From positions 1 through 52,528 of the forward strand of contig URJE01000001.1 of the NCBI GenBank assembly GCA_900547965.1: a stretch of DNA of 52,528 nt, given 5' to 3'. The DNA comes from an uncultured Eggerthella sp. Lineage in GTDB: Bacteria > Actinomycetota > Coriobacteriia > Coriobacteriales > Eggerthellaceae. Made by a program: the position numbers and the translations under genes. Positions 1 to 8,237 of this stretch are shown here, in pieces; the first letter of the stretch is position 1; every line of letters starts with the position of its first letter. The notes under the pieces are model-generated. The model did no database searches and was not told the DNA's origin. It saw only the letters and a list, made by a program, of their open reading frames with translations.

Positions 1-100
1 CCGCAGCCGATTCTCTAATTGAACCAGAGGCAGTTACAGCCCGCTTTTAACAAAAACACGCCTCGTTAAAAGACGCTCACTAACCGAAATTAAAGACTCA

Positions 101-137
101 AAACAAAGGGCTCTGCCAAAGAAAACGGCAGAGCCCT
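101..137 (-). terminator. Intrinsic terminator downstream of dapL
   Basis: 11-bp inverted repeat AGGGCTCTGCC (107-117) / GGCAGAGCCCT (127-137), followed by TTGTTTT on the minus strand, just past the dapL stop. Confidence 0.8.
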
Positions 138-155
138 CAACGTTAAAGTGGATAA

Positions 156-1376
156 TCAGGCGAACAATTCCTCGATGCGACGAACCCCTTCTTTAGTAGC
201 ATCAGCATCACCAAATGCCGAAAGGCGAATGTATCCTTCACCAGAAGGCCCGAATCCAGCTCCAGGCGTAGTGATGACGTTCGCCTTTTCCAACAGCAAG
301 GTAAACAAATCCCACGATCCCATTCCTTGGGGCGCTTTGCACCAAACATACGGGCTGTTTACCGCACCGTACACTTCAAAGCCCGCACGCTCCAAACCTT
401 CTTTGATTACACGCGCATTGGCTCGATAGTAATCGAGCGTTTCCTCGACCTGCCTATTGCCCTCATCGGTATAAATAGCGGCAGCACCGCGCTGAATGAT
501 GTAGGAAGCGCCATTGAATTTGGTGCATTGACGACGGTTCCACATAGCATTCAGGCTCTCGCCATCACGCTCGAGAGCCTTAGGAACAACGGTATAGCCG
601 CAACGAGCACCCGTGAAACCTGCAGTCTTAGAGAAAGAACGGAATTCGATCGCACAGGTTTTTGCACCTTCGATCTCGTAAATTGAATGAGGGACTCCCT
701 CTTCGGCAATAAAACGCTCGTAAGCAGCATCGAACATGATGATAGATCCATGTTCGTTAGCGTAGTCAACCCACACCTTAAGCTGATCGGCATTCAGCAC
801 GGTACCAGTAGGATTGTTGGGGCTGCACAGGTAAATTACATCAGCAACCTTTTCCGGAAGCTCTGGGACGAAATGATTCTCAGCGGTTGTGGGCATATAG
901 ATGATGTTCGTCCAGCCCTGAGATTCTTCATCGTATTCGCCAGCGCGTCCAGCCATGGCATTGGTGTCAACGTATACGGGATACACAGGATCGCACACAG
1001 CAATAACATTATCGGTGGAAAGGATGTCTCCAATATTGCCGCAATCGCTCTTGGCGCCATCGGAAACAAAGATCTCATCTTCGTCAACCTCAACACCGCG
1101 AGATCTAAAATCGTTATCAGCGATAGCCTTACGGAGAAAATCGTAACCCTGCTCCGGACCGTAACCATGGAAAGATTCGATGCTTGCCATGTCGTTAACG
1201 GCCGCATGCATTGCATCAATTACAGCAGGTGCTAATGGTCGAGTAACATCCCCAATGCCCATCTTTATCAGTTTTGCATCAGGATGCGCTGCTGAGTACT
1301 CCGCAGTACGGCGCGCAATCTCAGCAAATAGATAGCTGCCAGGCAACTTTGCATAGTTCTCGTTGACTTTAGCCAC
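156..1376 (-). CDS. dapL: LL-diaminopimelate aminotransferase
   Basis: Motifs YLFAEI, MGIGDVT, GYGPEQG, SDGAKSD, CSPNNPTG, SFSKTAGFTGARCG (PLP lysine), PGAGFG. GTG start at 1376 after AGGAG; the ORF track extends to 1397. Confidence 0.95.
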   Translation of the reverse strand: MAKVNENYAKLPGSYLFAEIARRTAEYSAAHPDAKLIKMGIGDVTRPLAPAVIDAMHAAVNDMASIESFHGYGPEQGYDFLRKAIADNDFRSRGVEVDEDEIFVSDGAKSDCGNIGDILSTDNVIAVCDPVYPVYVDTNAMAGRAGEYDEESQGWTNIIYMPTTAENHFVPELPEKVADVIYLCSPNNPTGTVLNADQLKVWVDYANEHGSIIMFDAAYERFIAEEGVPHSIYEIEGAKTCAIEFRSFSKTAGFTGARCGYTVVPKALERDGESLNAMWNRRQCTKFNGASYIIQRGAAAIYTDEGNRQVEETLDYYRANARVIKEGLERAGFEVYGAVNSPYVWCKAPQGMGSWDLFTLLLEKANVITTPGAGFGPSGEGYIRLSAFGDADATKEGVRRIEELFA

Positions 1377-1484
1377 GAATATTCTCCTTAGACCCATGAA
1401 AAGCCGGCCAAAAACGCCAGCTACTCTTTATCGGGGATATTTTAGAAGTGCAATATGTCGAGAATATTTCAAGGGTATTGAAAA

Positions 1485-1922
1485 CTACATATCGGCAAGC
1501 CGGGGCAGGTCGACTATCTTCGAATCGAATACAGCAGAAGTCAAGGTTGCCTTCAAACAGAGCTCGCCATTTGGACGTGAAATAGTCACCTCGGCCACAA
1601 CGGCCCTCTTCCCTCGTTTGAGGACCGTACCAACCACCTCGAGATATTCATCCGAGGTATAGGCAGGGCGAAGAAAATTCGAATTCACCGACATGGTGGC
1701 ATTTTCCCGCCCGAGCGTGTCGATCGCCCCCGTGCCAGCCGTATCGGCCAAAGCAAGCAAGAAGCCCCCATGCACCGTGCCAATGTTATTACCGCAGTCA
1801 GGGCCTGGGTGGGCATGCATAACAAAACGACCCTCTTCGGCCGAAATGAGTTCCGATCGATCAAAGCCGCTGATGTTGACGATGTCCTCTTCGCAATATG
1901 CGTAAATCCTCGGATCGAGCAT
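1485..1922 (-). CDS. PaaI-family (hotdog-fold) thioesterase
   Basis: NNIGTVHGGFLLALADTAG motif, followed by NFLRP. Start placed at ATG 1922 after GGGG; the ORF extends to 1961. Confidence 0.85.
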   Translation of the reverse strand: MLDPRIYAYCEEDIVNISGFDRSELISAEEGRFVMHAHPGPDCGNNIGTVHGGFLLALADTAGTGAIDTLGRENATMSVNSNFLRPAYTSDEYLEVVGTVLKRGKRAVVAEVTISRPNGELCLKATLTSAVFDSKIVDLPRLADM

Positions 1923-2029
1923 AATACCCCCATTCAGCATGTTACTTTGCCGCGATATCATTGCTTGTTAAGCTCATCATACCAGTAGAGCCTAAGCTAC
2001 CATGCCGTACGTCATCGAAAGGGACAACC

Positions 2030-2482
2030 ATGAGGGCATTAATCCAGCGCGTTTCCTCAGCTTCAGTATCCACAGGAGAAGGAAACGTCAACAGCATCGA
2101 CCAAGGCTTTTGCATCCTTCTAGGTGTCGGCCCCGACGACACAGAACAGATCGCCGAAAAACTGTGGTCAAAGATCGCTAAACTACGCATTTTCGAAGAC
2201 CAAGATGGAAAAACCAACCTATCGCTACGCGATGTGGATGGTGCCGTGCTTTTGGTTTCTCAATTCACGCTCTACGCTGATTGCCGTAAGGGCAACCGCC
2301 CCTCGTTCACCAAAGGAGCCTCCGCTGACCTAGCTAACCATCTATATGAGCACTTCGCGCAACTCGTTAGAGATGAGGGTGTAGAGCTGAAAACCGGCTG
2401 GTTCGGTGCCATGATGGAAGTAAATTTGACCAATAGCGGTCCTTTTACAATCTGGTTAGATAGCGACGACCTGACAAAATAA
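2030..2482 (+). CDS. dtd: D-aminoacyl-tRNA deacylase
   Basis: MRALIQRV start, SQFTL, GNRPSF and N.GPFT (Gly-cisPro) motifs; GAAAGGG RBS. Confidence 0.95.
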   Translation: MRALIQRVSSASVSTGEGNVNSIDQGFCILLGVGPDDTEQIAEKLWSKIAKLRIFEDQDGKTNLSLRDVDGAVLLVSQFTLYADCRKGNRPSFTKGASADLANHLYEHFAQLVRDEGVELKTGWFGAMMEVNLTNSGPFTIWLDSDDLTK

Positions 2483-2564
2483 CAAAATCAAAACTGATAA
2501 ACATTTTCCAGCTCACAAGAATCATCTTTTTGCAGACCTTCCGCAACTCGCGTCTTGCGCAATC

Positions 2565-2600
2565 GCCCTTCAGCTTTTACCGTTGAAGGGCATTTTTGTT
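2565..2600 (+). terminator. Hairpin plus T-tract after dtd, abutting the next RBS
   Basis: GCCCTTCA (2565-2572) / TGAAGGGC (2584-2591), followed by ATTTTTGTT. Confidence 0.6.
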
Positions 2601-2610
2601 AGGAGCTCGC

Positions 2611-3315
2611 ATGCTAGGCACCATCGTAAATACCTGCTGCATTCTTTTAGGTAGCGCAATTGGATCGATAGCAAAGAAAAGCTTAAAGCCAAAGTTTCAG
2701 GAAGCTATTTTCACCGCTCTTGGTATTGCCACGGTCGGCATGGGACTCAACGCCGTCGCTCAAAACATGCCCAACAGCTCCTATCCCGTACTGTTCATCG
2801 TCAGCATGGCCATAGGCGCCGTGATCGGAACAGCGCTCGATTTAGAAACCCGCTTCAAAAAGGCCGTGTTGAGAGGTTCAAAGGACGGTAACGAATTCGC
2901 AAAAGGCCTATCAACTGCAATTATGTTGTATTGCGTGGGAACACTCTCTATTTTGGGTCCGATAAACAGCGCACTCTACGGCGACGAAACCTACTTGCTC
3001 ACCAATGCTACCCTCGATCTTGTTTCCTCTATGGTTTTTGGAGCCACCTTTGGTTTCGGCATCGCCATTGCCGCTGTTGTGCTTTTTTGTTGGCAGGGCG
3101 CTATCTATTTGCTCGCTGGCGCACTTGCCCCGCTCATGGGTGATGGGATGATGACGGAAAATGCCATTATTGGAGGCCTGCTCATTCTTGCAAGCGGCAT
3201 AAATCTCTTGAAACTCAAAGAGATCTCCACTATGAATCTGCTTCCTGCTCTTTTCATTCCACCCATCTGGTTTGCCCTGCTTTCGGCAACGGGAAATCTC
3301 TGGGGAATTATATGA
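2611..3315 (+). CDS. DUF554-family membrane protein
   Basis: MLGTIVN start, YCVGTLSILG and LD...S..FG.TFG.G motifs, many hydrophobic segments, AGGAG RBS. Confidence 0.85.
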   Translation: MLGTIVNTCCILLGSAIGSIAKKSLKPKFQEAIFTALGIATVGMGLNAVAQNMPNSSYPVLFIVSMAIGAVIGTALDLETRFKKAVLRGSKDGNEFAKGLSTAIMLYCVGTLSILGPINSALYGDETYLLTNATLDLVSSMVFGATFGFGIAIAAVVLFCWQGAIYLLAGALAPLMGDGMMTENAIIGGLLILASGINLLKLKEISTMNLLPALFIPPIWFALLSATGNLWGII

Positions 3316-3318
3316 TGC

Positions 3319-3348
3319 TCAATGGGCCCGCATATGCGGGCCCATTGA
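3319..3348. repeat. Perfect 30-bp palindrome between convergent genes (likely terminator)
   Basis: TCAATGGGCCCGCATATGCGGGCCCATTGA is its own reverse complement. Confidence 0.8.
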
Positions 3349-3399
3349 AAAAAATAGGTATCTATTGCATTCCAGCCAAATCGAAACCGTTAATCGATA

Positions 3400-4086
3400 C
3401 TAATCACGCCAAGCGCCCACCAATTCTCGTGCTGCAGCCTCGGGATCGTCAGCGCCGCATACAGCAGAAACCACGAAGAAGCCATCGACACCGGTGCTCT
3501 TAACCAAAGGAATATCGGCAAGTTTTACGCCACCGCCCACAACGATAGGTACAGGACTCGCTTCGGCCAACTCTCTCAAATCGTCGATGCTTTTAGTGAT
3601 AATGGTTCCGTCAGCTGCCAAACCACAGTCGGTCTTTGTAGGTGTTTCACGCAAAGGACCGACTCCCAGGTAATCGACCAAGCTCATATCAGCGGTTTTC
3701 ACGTATTCAAGCATCTCATCGGCACGAGCGGAAAGCCCCACGATTGAATCGGGGCCGAGAAGCTTGCGGCATACTTCAACCGGAATGTCGGATTGGCCTA
3801 CATGAACGCCGTCGACCTTTGCCCCCGCTTCACGAGCAGCCAAGGCAACGTCCAGCCTGTCGTCCACCAGAAGCGCAACCGATTCGCTTTTCCCCGCAGC
3901 GGCAATAACGTCAGCTGCGTCGATGGTATACGCAATAAGATCGCGAGCCGAACACTCCTTTGAGCGAATTTGCACACAGGTAAAGCCAGCTCGCAGCGCT
4001 TGAGCGACAACATCGCCAACCGGACGCCCTTCTGTATTTTCAGGACCAACAACCAAATAAGCAGAAATATCAAGGTTCCTACGCAT
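3400..4086 (-). CDS. thiE: Thiamine-phosphate synthase
   Basis: VQIRSK, DDRLDVA, DGVHVGQSD, VDYLGVGP..TPTK and VVSA motifs; lies in the TPP-riboswitch operon. Alternative start at 4095. Confidence 0.92.
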   Translation of the reverse strand: MRRNLDISAYLVVGPENTEGRPVGDVVAQALRAGFTCVQIRSKECSARDLIAYTIDAADVIAAAGKSESVALLVDDRLDVALAAREAGAKVDGVHVGQSDIPVEVCRKLLGPDSIVGLSARADEMLEYVKTADMSLVDYLGVGPLRETPTKTDCGLAADGTIITKSIDDLRELAEASPVPIVVGGGVKLADIPLVKSTGVDGFFVVSAVCGADDPEAAARELVGAWRD

Positions 4087-4087
4087 G

Positions 4088-4393
4088 CTATTCACCCTGT
4101 TCCAGAATCTCGTTTACGGCAGCTACTTTGCGGTCCATCATATTAGTACGACCAGGGCGAACGTCAGCCTTTAAAACCACTTCGGTCCGAATTCCCTTTT
4201 CAGCTAATGCAAAGGTGGCGTCTTTCACCACCTTCATAACCTCATCCCACTCACCTTCGATTTCGGTGAACATGGAATAGGTGTGATTAGGCAGACCCGA
4301 TTCACGAATCACTTTTACGACTTCAGCCACTTCAGGGGCAAGTTCATCGCCCACACCAAAAGGAGCTATTGCTACAGCAATGAGCGTATTCAT
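4088..4393 (-). CDS. MTH1187/DUF77-family thiamine-binding protein
   Basis: AIAPFG...VAEVVKVIRESGLP...MFTEIEGEWDEVM...K.D.RPG...K pattern; ATG at 4393 lies directly after the thiM stop. Confidence 0.88.
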   Translation of the reverse strand: MNTLIAVAIAPFGVGDELAPEVAEVVKVIRESGLPNHTYSMFTEIEGEWDEVMKVVKDATFALAEKGIRTEVVLKADVRPGRTNMMDRKVAAVNEILEQGE

Positions 4394-4394
4394 A

Positions 4395-5234
4395 CTATGC
4401 CTCTTCAACGCTGCAAGGATTACCAGCAATATCCTGAGCTGTTGCACGATACAACTCATCGATAAATGCCGCCTTGAAGGAAGCGGGGGCATCAGCGATC
4501 TCAGCTGCACGGGAACCGGCAATGTTGTAATGAGCCACTGCCGCCACTGCTGCCGTGAATGGATCGGTTTCCGTGGCGTACACGGCCAGAACACCGCCCT
4601 GAGAGCAACCGAATCCCGTTACCTTTTCCATCAGTTCGGAACCGCCCTCGGAGAATACAACTCTTTCCCCATCGGCAACCAAATCCTTCTTACCAGAAAC
4701 CGCAACAGCACCTCCCGTAAAACGAGCTAGAGCAACAGCGGCATCACGGGCAGATTCCACCGTATCGGTGGTGTCCACACCGCGAGGACGGGAAGATTCG
4801 CAAGCGTTAGTTTCAATGCCCCACAGGCTCGCTAATGCAATGATCTCGGACGCATTGCCGCGCACAATAGAGGGCTTATACTGCTTCAGCTCTTGGAGCA
4901 AATCGGTACGAAGCTGGCCAATGCCAATGCCAACAGGATCAAGAACCCAAGGTTTGCCATTGCTGAAAGCCGCAGCAGCCGTACGGGGCAGCGTTTCCCG
5001 GTAAATGGGAAGCAATGTACCCATGTTCAGATAAACCGCTCCGCCTGCCGCAACAAGAAACTCCCCTTCATCAGGCAAATACACCATTGCGGCACTACCG
5101 CCCACAGCAAGCTGAGCGTTGGCAACGAAATCCATCGTCACACCATTGGTCACCGAACCCGCCAACGGGTTTTCGGACCGAACTTTCTCAACCGCTTCAA
5201 TGATGCCGCTCTTTAACTGGTCCATCTCTGTCAT
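4395..5234 (-). CDS. thiM: Hydroxyethylthiazole kinase
   Basis: TN.VT..FVAN..LA.GGS..M, NMGTL, WVLDPVG, RGNASEI, GVD and VTGFGC motifs; GGAAGG RBS. Confidence 0.93.
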   Translation of the reverse strand: MTEMDQLKSGIIEAVEKVRSENPLAGSVTNGVTMDFVANAQLAVGGSAAMVYLPDEGEFLVAAGGAVYLNMGTLLPIYRETLPRTAAAAFSNGKPWVLDPVGIGIGQLRTDLLQELKQYKPSIVRGNASEIIALASLWGIETNACESSRPRGVDTTDTVESARDAAVALARFTGGAVAVSGKKDLVADGERVVFSEGGSELMEKVTGFGCSQGGVLAVYATETDPFTAAVAAVAHYNIAGSRAAEIADAPASFKAAFIDELYRATAQDIAGNPCSVEEA

Positions 5235-5250
5235 GCGTTTTCCTTCCGCG

Positions 5251-5285
5251 CAAATAAAAGGGACGCCAGCCATAGCGGGCGCCCC
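5251..5285 (-). terminator. Riboswitch expression-platform terminator
   Basis: Minus strand GGGGCGCCCGCTATGGCTGGCGTCCC-TTTTATTT, between the aptamer and the thiM RBS. Confidence 0.75.
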
Positions 5286-5298
5286 AGAATGAACCTGA

Positions 5299-5402
5299 GA
5301 TGCTCCCTACGCCAGCACTAACTGACAGGTTCAAAGAGTTAGGCCGAATGCCCTCTCAGCCATGCCAACGCGATCTGTACGCGCCGCAGGCACCCCTGCA
5401 TC
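5299..5402 (-). ncRNA. TPP riboswitch (THI element)
   Basis: Minus strand GGGGTGC...GGCTGAGAGG...CTCTTTGAACCTGTCAGTTAGTGCTGGCGTAGGGAG matches the THI-box consensus; upstream of thiM. Confidence 0.93.
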
Positions 5403-5571
5403 GAATCTGTATTAGTGATTGTGAAGCTAGATGCGCCATCACGCAAGAAGAAGCTAGGGAGCGGCGGTTCAAACCCACAGAATGGCAACCTGTTGAAGCG
5501 CGCAAAACATCACCGAAACATACCAAGCAACGAAGTGCGCCGCCCTAGGCTAAAGAGCATCGACTACTTGT

Positions 5572-5976
5572 TTAATGCTGCTGAGCGCGTGATGCTTCAA
5601 TTTCATCGGTGCCTTTGTTAAGCAGATATACACCGCCGATGACCAATAGCACTCCTACTGCGGTAAAGGCAGTAAAAGGATCGTGCCATACCACCACACC
5701 AACCAGCATAGTTACAGCAGAACCGACGCCGCCCCAAATGCCATACACCAAACCAAGTGGAAGGTCCTGCAGGATCTTTACCAATAGCGAGAAAGCAATA
5801 AGGTACCCAATCACGGTAACCAATGTGGGCAGCGGAACGGTCAGACCCTCTGATGCCTTCAGGCAAATGGCTCCAGCAACTTCGGCGACAATGGCTACAC
5901 CCAGCAGGACAAAAGCAAAACGTTTCGTTTTCGCTTTTTCGCGGACAAGCTGCTTTTCTTCTTCAGCAACGCTCAT
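5572..5976 (-). CDS. SMR-family (small multidrug resistance) transporter subunit, long partner
   Basis: AIVAEV....LK.SEG (TM1 Glu), LPLGLVYGIWGGVG, four TM segments. Confidence 0.9.
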   Translation of the reverse strand: MSVAEEEKQLVREKAKTKRFAFVLLGVAIVAEVAGAICLKASEGLTVPLPTLVTVIGYLIAFSLLVKILQDLPLGLVYGIWGGVGSAVTMLVGVVVWHDPFTAFTAVGVLLVIGGVYLLNKGTDEIEASRAQQH

Positions 5977-5978
5977 GA

Positions 5979-6296
5979 CTAAACCCCCAACTTCAGCAAT
6001 GCCACGCCAACAATGATGGCAATAAGACCAATAATCTTTTTCGTGTTAAAGCCTTCATTCCACAGAATGTGGCCTACTACAGCGGTCAATGCGATACCGA
6101 GTCCTGTCCACGCTGCATAAACAGGACCAAGCGGCAACTGAAGTAGTACATGCGACATCATCCAGAAAGAAACAGCATAGCCAACCACTACACCGATAAT
6201 GGGTAGCTTGCGTCGAAAGCCATCTGAAACTTTCATCATGGTGTCAGCAAACACTTCAAATATCACCGACACGCAAATCATTAGATAAGGGAGCAT
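5979..6296 (-). CDS. SMR-family transporter subunit, short partner
   Basis: IFEV....MK.SDGF, LPLGPVYAAWTGLG; 105 aa with four TM segments. Confidence 0.92.
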   Translation of the reverse strand: MLPYLMICVSVIFEVFADTMMKVSDGFRRKLPIIGVVVGYAVSFWMMSHVLLQLPLGPVYAAWTGLGIALTAVVGHILWNEGFNTKKIIGLIAIIVGVALLKLGV

Positions 6297-6371
6297 ATGG
6301 ACCTCTCAAAGAAATAGACAGAAGAAGCACGAAGCGGTCATGTGTTTCCTTCGATGCTACAACGGTTGTAC

Positions 6372-6402
6372 ATGCTAAACTCTGCCATAAGGGCAGAGTC
6401 AA
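6372..6402 (-). promoter_or_regulatory. MerR-type promoter/operator for the SMR pair
   Basis: Minus-strand TTGACT (6402-6397), 19-bp spacer, TAGCAT (6377-6372); dyad ACTCTGCC-N5-GGCAGAGT at 6379-6399. Confidence 0.85.
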
Positions 6403-6411
6403 GGAGACACG

Positions 6412-7230
6412 ATGAAAAATGAATTGCTCTCCATAGGCGAAGCAGCAAAGCTCAAGCAAGTTAGCGTTAAATCGCTCCGGTATTACGAAACCATCGGCAT
6501 CCTCAAGCCCACCTACGTAGACCCGTCTAGCGGCTATCGCTATTACTCCCCCAATCAAATGATTGACCTCGATGTAATACTCACCTGCGTTGAACTTGGC
6601 ATTCCCTTGAAGTCCCTGGCAGACCACAAGACAAACCGAGGATCACTCAACCTAAAAGAACTGCTGATATCGGGCCGCGATACCGCTCTTGCCAATATCC
6701 GTCGCGCAGAAGATTCCCTCATGCGCATCGATTCATGCATCGATGAGATCGCCCAGCAGGAAATCCTCAGGCAAAAAGATGCCCCTTACACACGCCATCT
6801 GGAAATAAGGCACATCTTCACATCCTCCTGGAACGAAAAAGCGTTCTCAGTAAAGGCATATACAAAAGCGATGTCAGAGTTGTACCGGACGGCGGAAGAA
6901 TCTGGTGCAACCCCGCTCTACTTTCAAGGCTTTATCGTCGCCTCATCCAATAGCAAGACGAAAACCAATGCTTACGTGGAAGTAGGCAGGATGGCTCATA
7001 CCGCCCCAAAACAGCCTTTTATGCAGACAACACTCCCACGATGCAAAAGTCTGGGCTTCCGCATAGAAGGTCAGTCGATCACCGAATGTATGAACGAGGC
7101 TTTCAACCACATCGAAAAGAACCCTGGTCTCTATTCGATCACCGAAGTATGGGACAGCGAGCTCCCGGAAAATGTCTACGTGGTCGAGGTTCTGCGTGAA
7201 GTCGACAGCAAGAAAAATACAATCGCATGA
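6412..7230 (+). CDS. MerR-family regulator (BmrR-like)
   Basis: LSIGEAAKL..VSVKSLRYYE.IGILKP..VDPSSGYRYY HTH, coiled coil and C-terminal effector domain; AAGGAG RBS. Confidence 0.92.
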   Translation: MKNELLSIGEAAKLKQVSVKSLRYYETIGILKPTYVDPSSGYRYYSPNQMIDLDVILTCVELGIPLKSLADHKTNRGSLNLKELLISGRDTALANIRRAEDSLMRIDSCIDEIAQQEILRQKDAPYTRHLEIRHIFTSSWNEKAFSVKAYTKAMSELYRTAEESGATPLYFQGFIVASSNSKTKTNAYVEVGRMAHTAPKQPFMQTTLPRCKSLGFRIEGQSITECMNEAFNHIEKNPGLYSITEVWDSELPENVYVVEVLREVDSKKNTIA

Positions 7231-7644
7231 AATGCATCCATAAGATTCGGCGCGTCTCATCCATAACCGAAAATGCAGCTATCCAGCTCAAACACTCTGA
7301 TTCCCAACTGCAGTAGCCCAAATATCACAGTTGGATGCCAGTGATTGAGAGATACATCGGATAGCACAGTTTTCGCAACAAAAGCTGCCATATTACGATT
7401 TTGGGACAACCGTTCCGCAAGCGGCAATATGCTCTCAGTAACCGCTTTCATGAAAGCCGTTAAGCCACCTGTTTACGCCAAAGCGCGAGTTCACTATAGG
7501 TAACTTCGCTCTCTGGGGTGTTTGCTGTAACCAGAGCGAAACATGACTCTTCCTAACGAGCCCTGGATCAAACATCGCGGCCCCAAAACGCAGCGACAAA
7601 GCTCCAGAAAGACCAAAACGAACGTCTTTAAGAACGGAGGTTCC

Positions 7645-8235
7645 ATGGAAGCAAGAAATCTCACTCAGGCACCATTATCCGACAATGAGCTTCACGACAT
7701 CCTGGATGATGCGCAGGTCGATCCAAAGGATTGCTACCAATGCGGAAAATGCTCAGCCGGTTGCCCCGTCGCATCCGATGCCGACATGACTCCTCGCGAA
7801 GTACTACGCCATTTGCAACTAGGCCAGATAGAGCCGGTTTTGGAATCAAACATGCCCTGGCTTTGCGCTGGATGCGGTATGTGCCTAGCTCGCTGTCCCC
7901 AAAGCGTTGATCTTCCCAATCTCATGCTCGCCTGCCGACGCGCAGCCGAAGCGCAAGGAGTCACACCCATCGGAGAAGTCGCTCGTTTCAACCAGCTATT
8001 TGTCGACGGCGTTCGCGAAAAAGGCATCTCGGACGAAGCCGCCCTCGCCATGCGCTTCAACCTTACCACGGGCCATTTCCTGCAGGATGCATTGAGTGCA
8101 CCGAAGATGGTGGTGCGCGGAATGCTCGGCCCAACCAGCAAGGAGCAGGCAAATGCCGACGAGCTTAAAGAGCTCATCGACCGCGCACGTATGGCCACTT
8201 CCCAAAGCACGCCTTCCCCCGAAAAGGAGGCATAG
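7645..8235 (+). CDS. hdrC: Heterodisulfide reductase subunit C-like Fe-S protein
   Basis: CYQCGKCSAGCP and WLCAGCGMCLARCP (two [4Fe-4S] motifs); ATG 7645 after GGAGG. Confidence 0.9.
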   Translation: MEARNLTQAPLSDNELHDILDDAQVDPKDCYQCGKCSAGCPVASDADMTPREVLRHLQLGQIEPVLESNMPWLCAGCGMCLARCPQSVDLPNLMLACRRAAEAQGVTPIGEVARFNQLFVDGVREKGISDEAALAMRFNLTTGHFLQDALSAPKMVVRGMLGPTSKEQANADELKELIDRARMATSQSTPSPEKEA

Positions 8236-8237
8236 CC

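Noticed and set aside
6297..6370. Possible guanidine (ykkC) riboswitch before the SMR genes
   Set aside because: No ykkC motifs or paired ACGR hairpins; the MerR promoter explains the regulation
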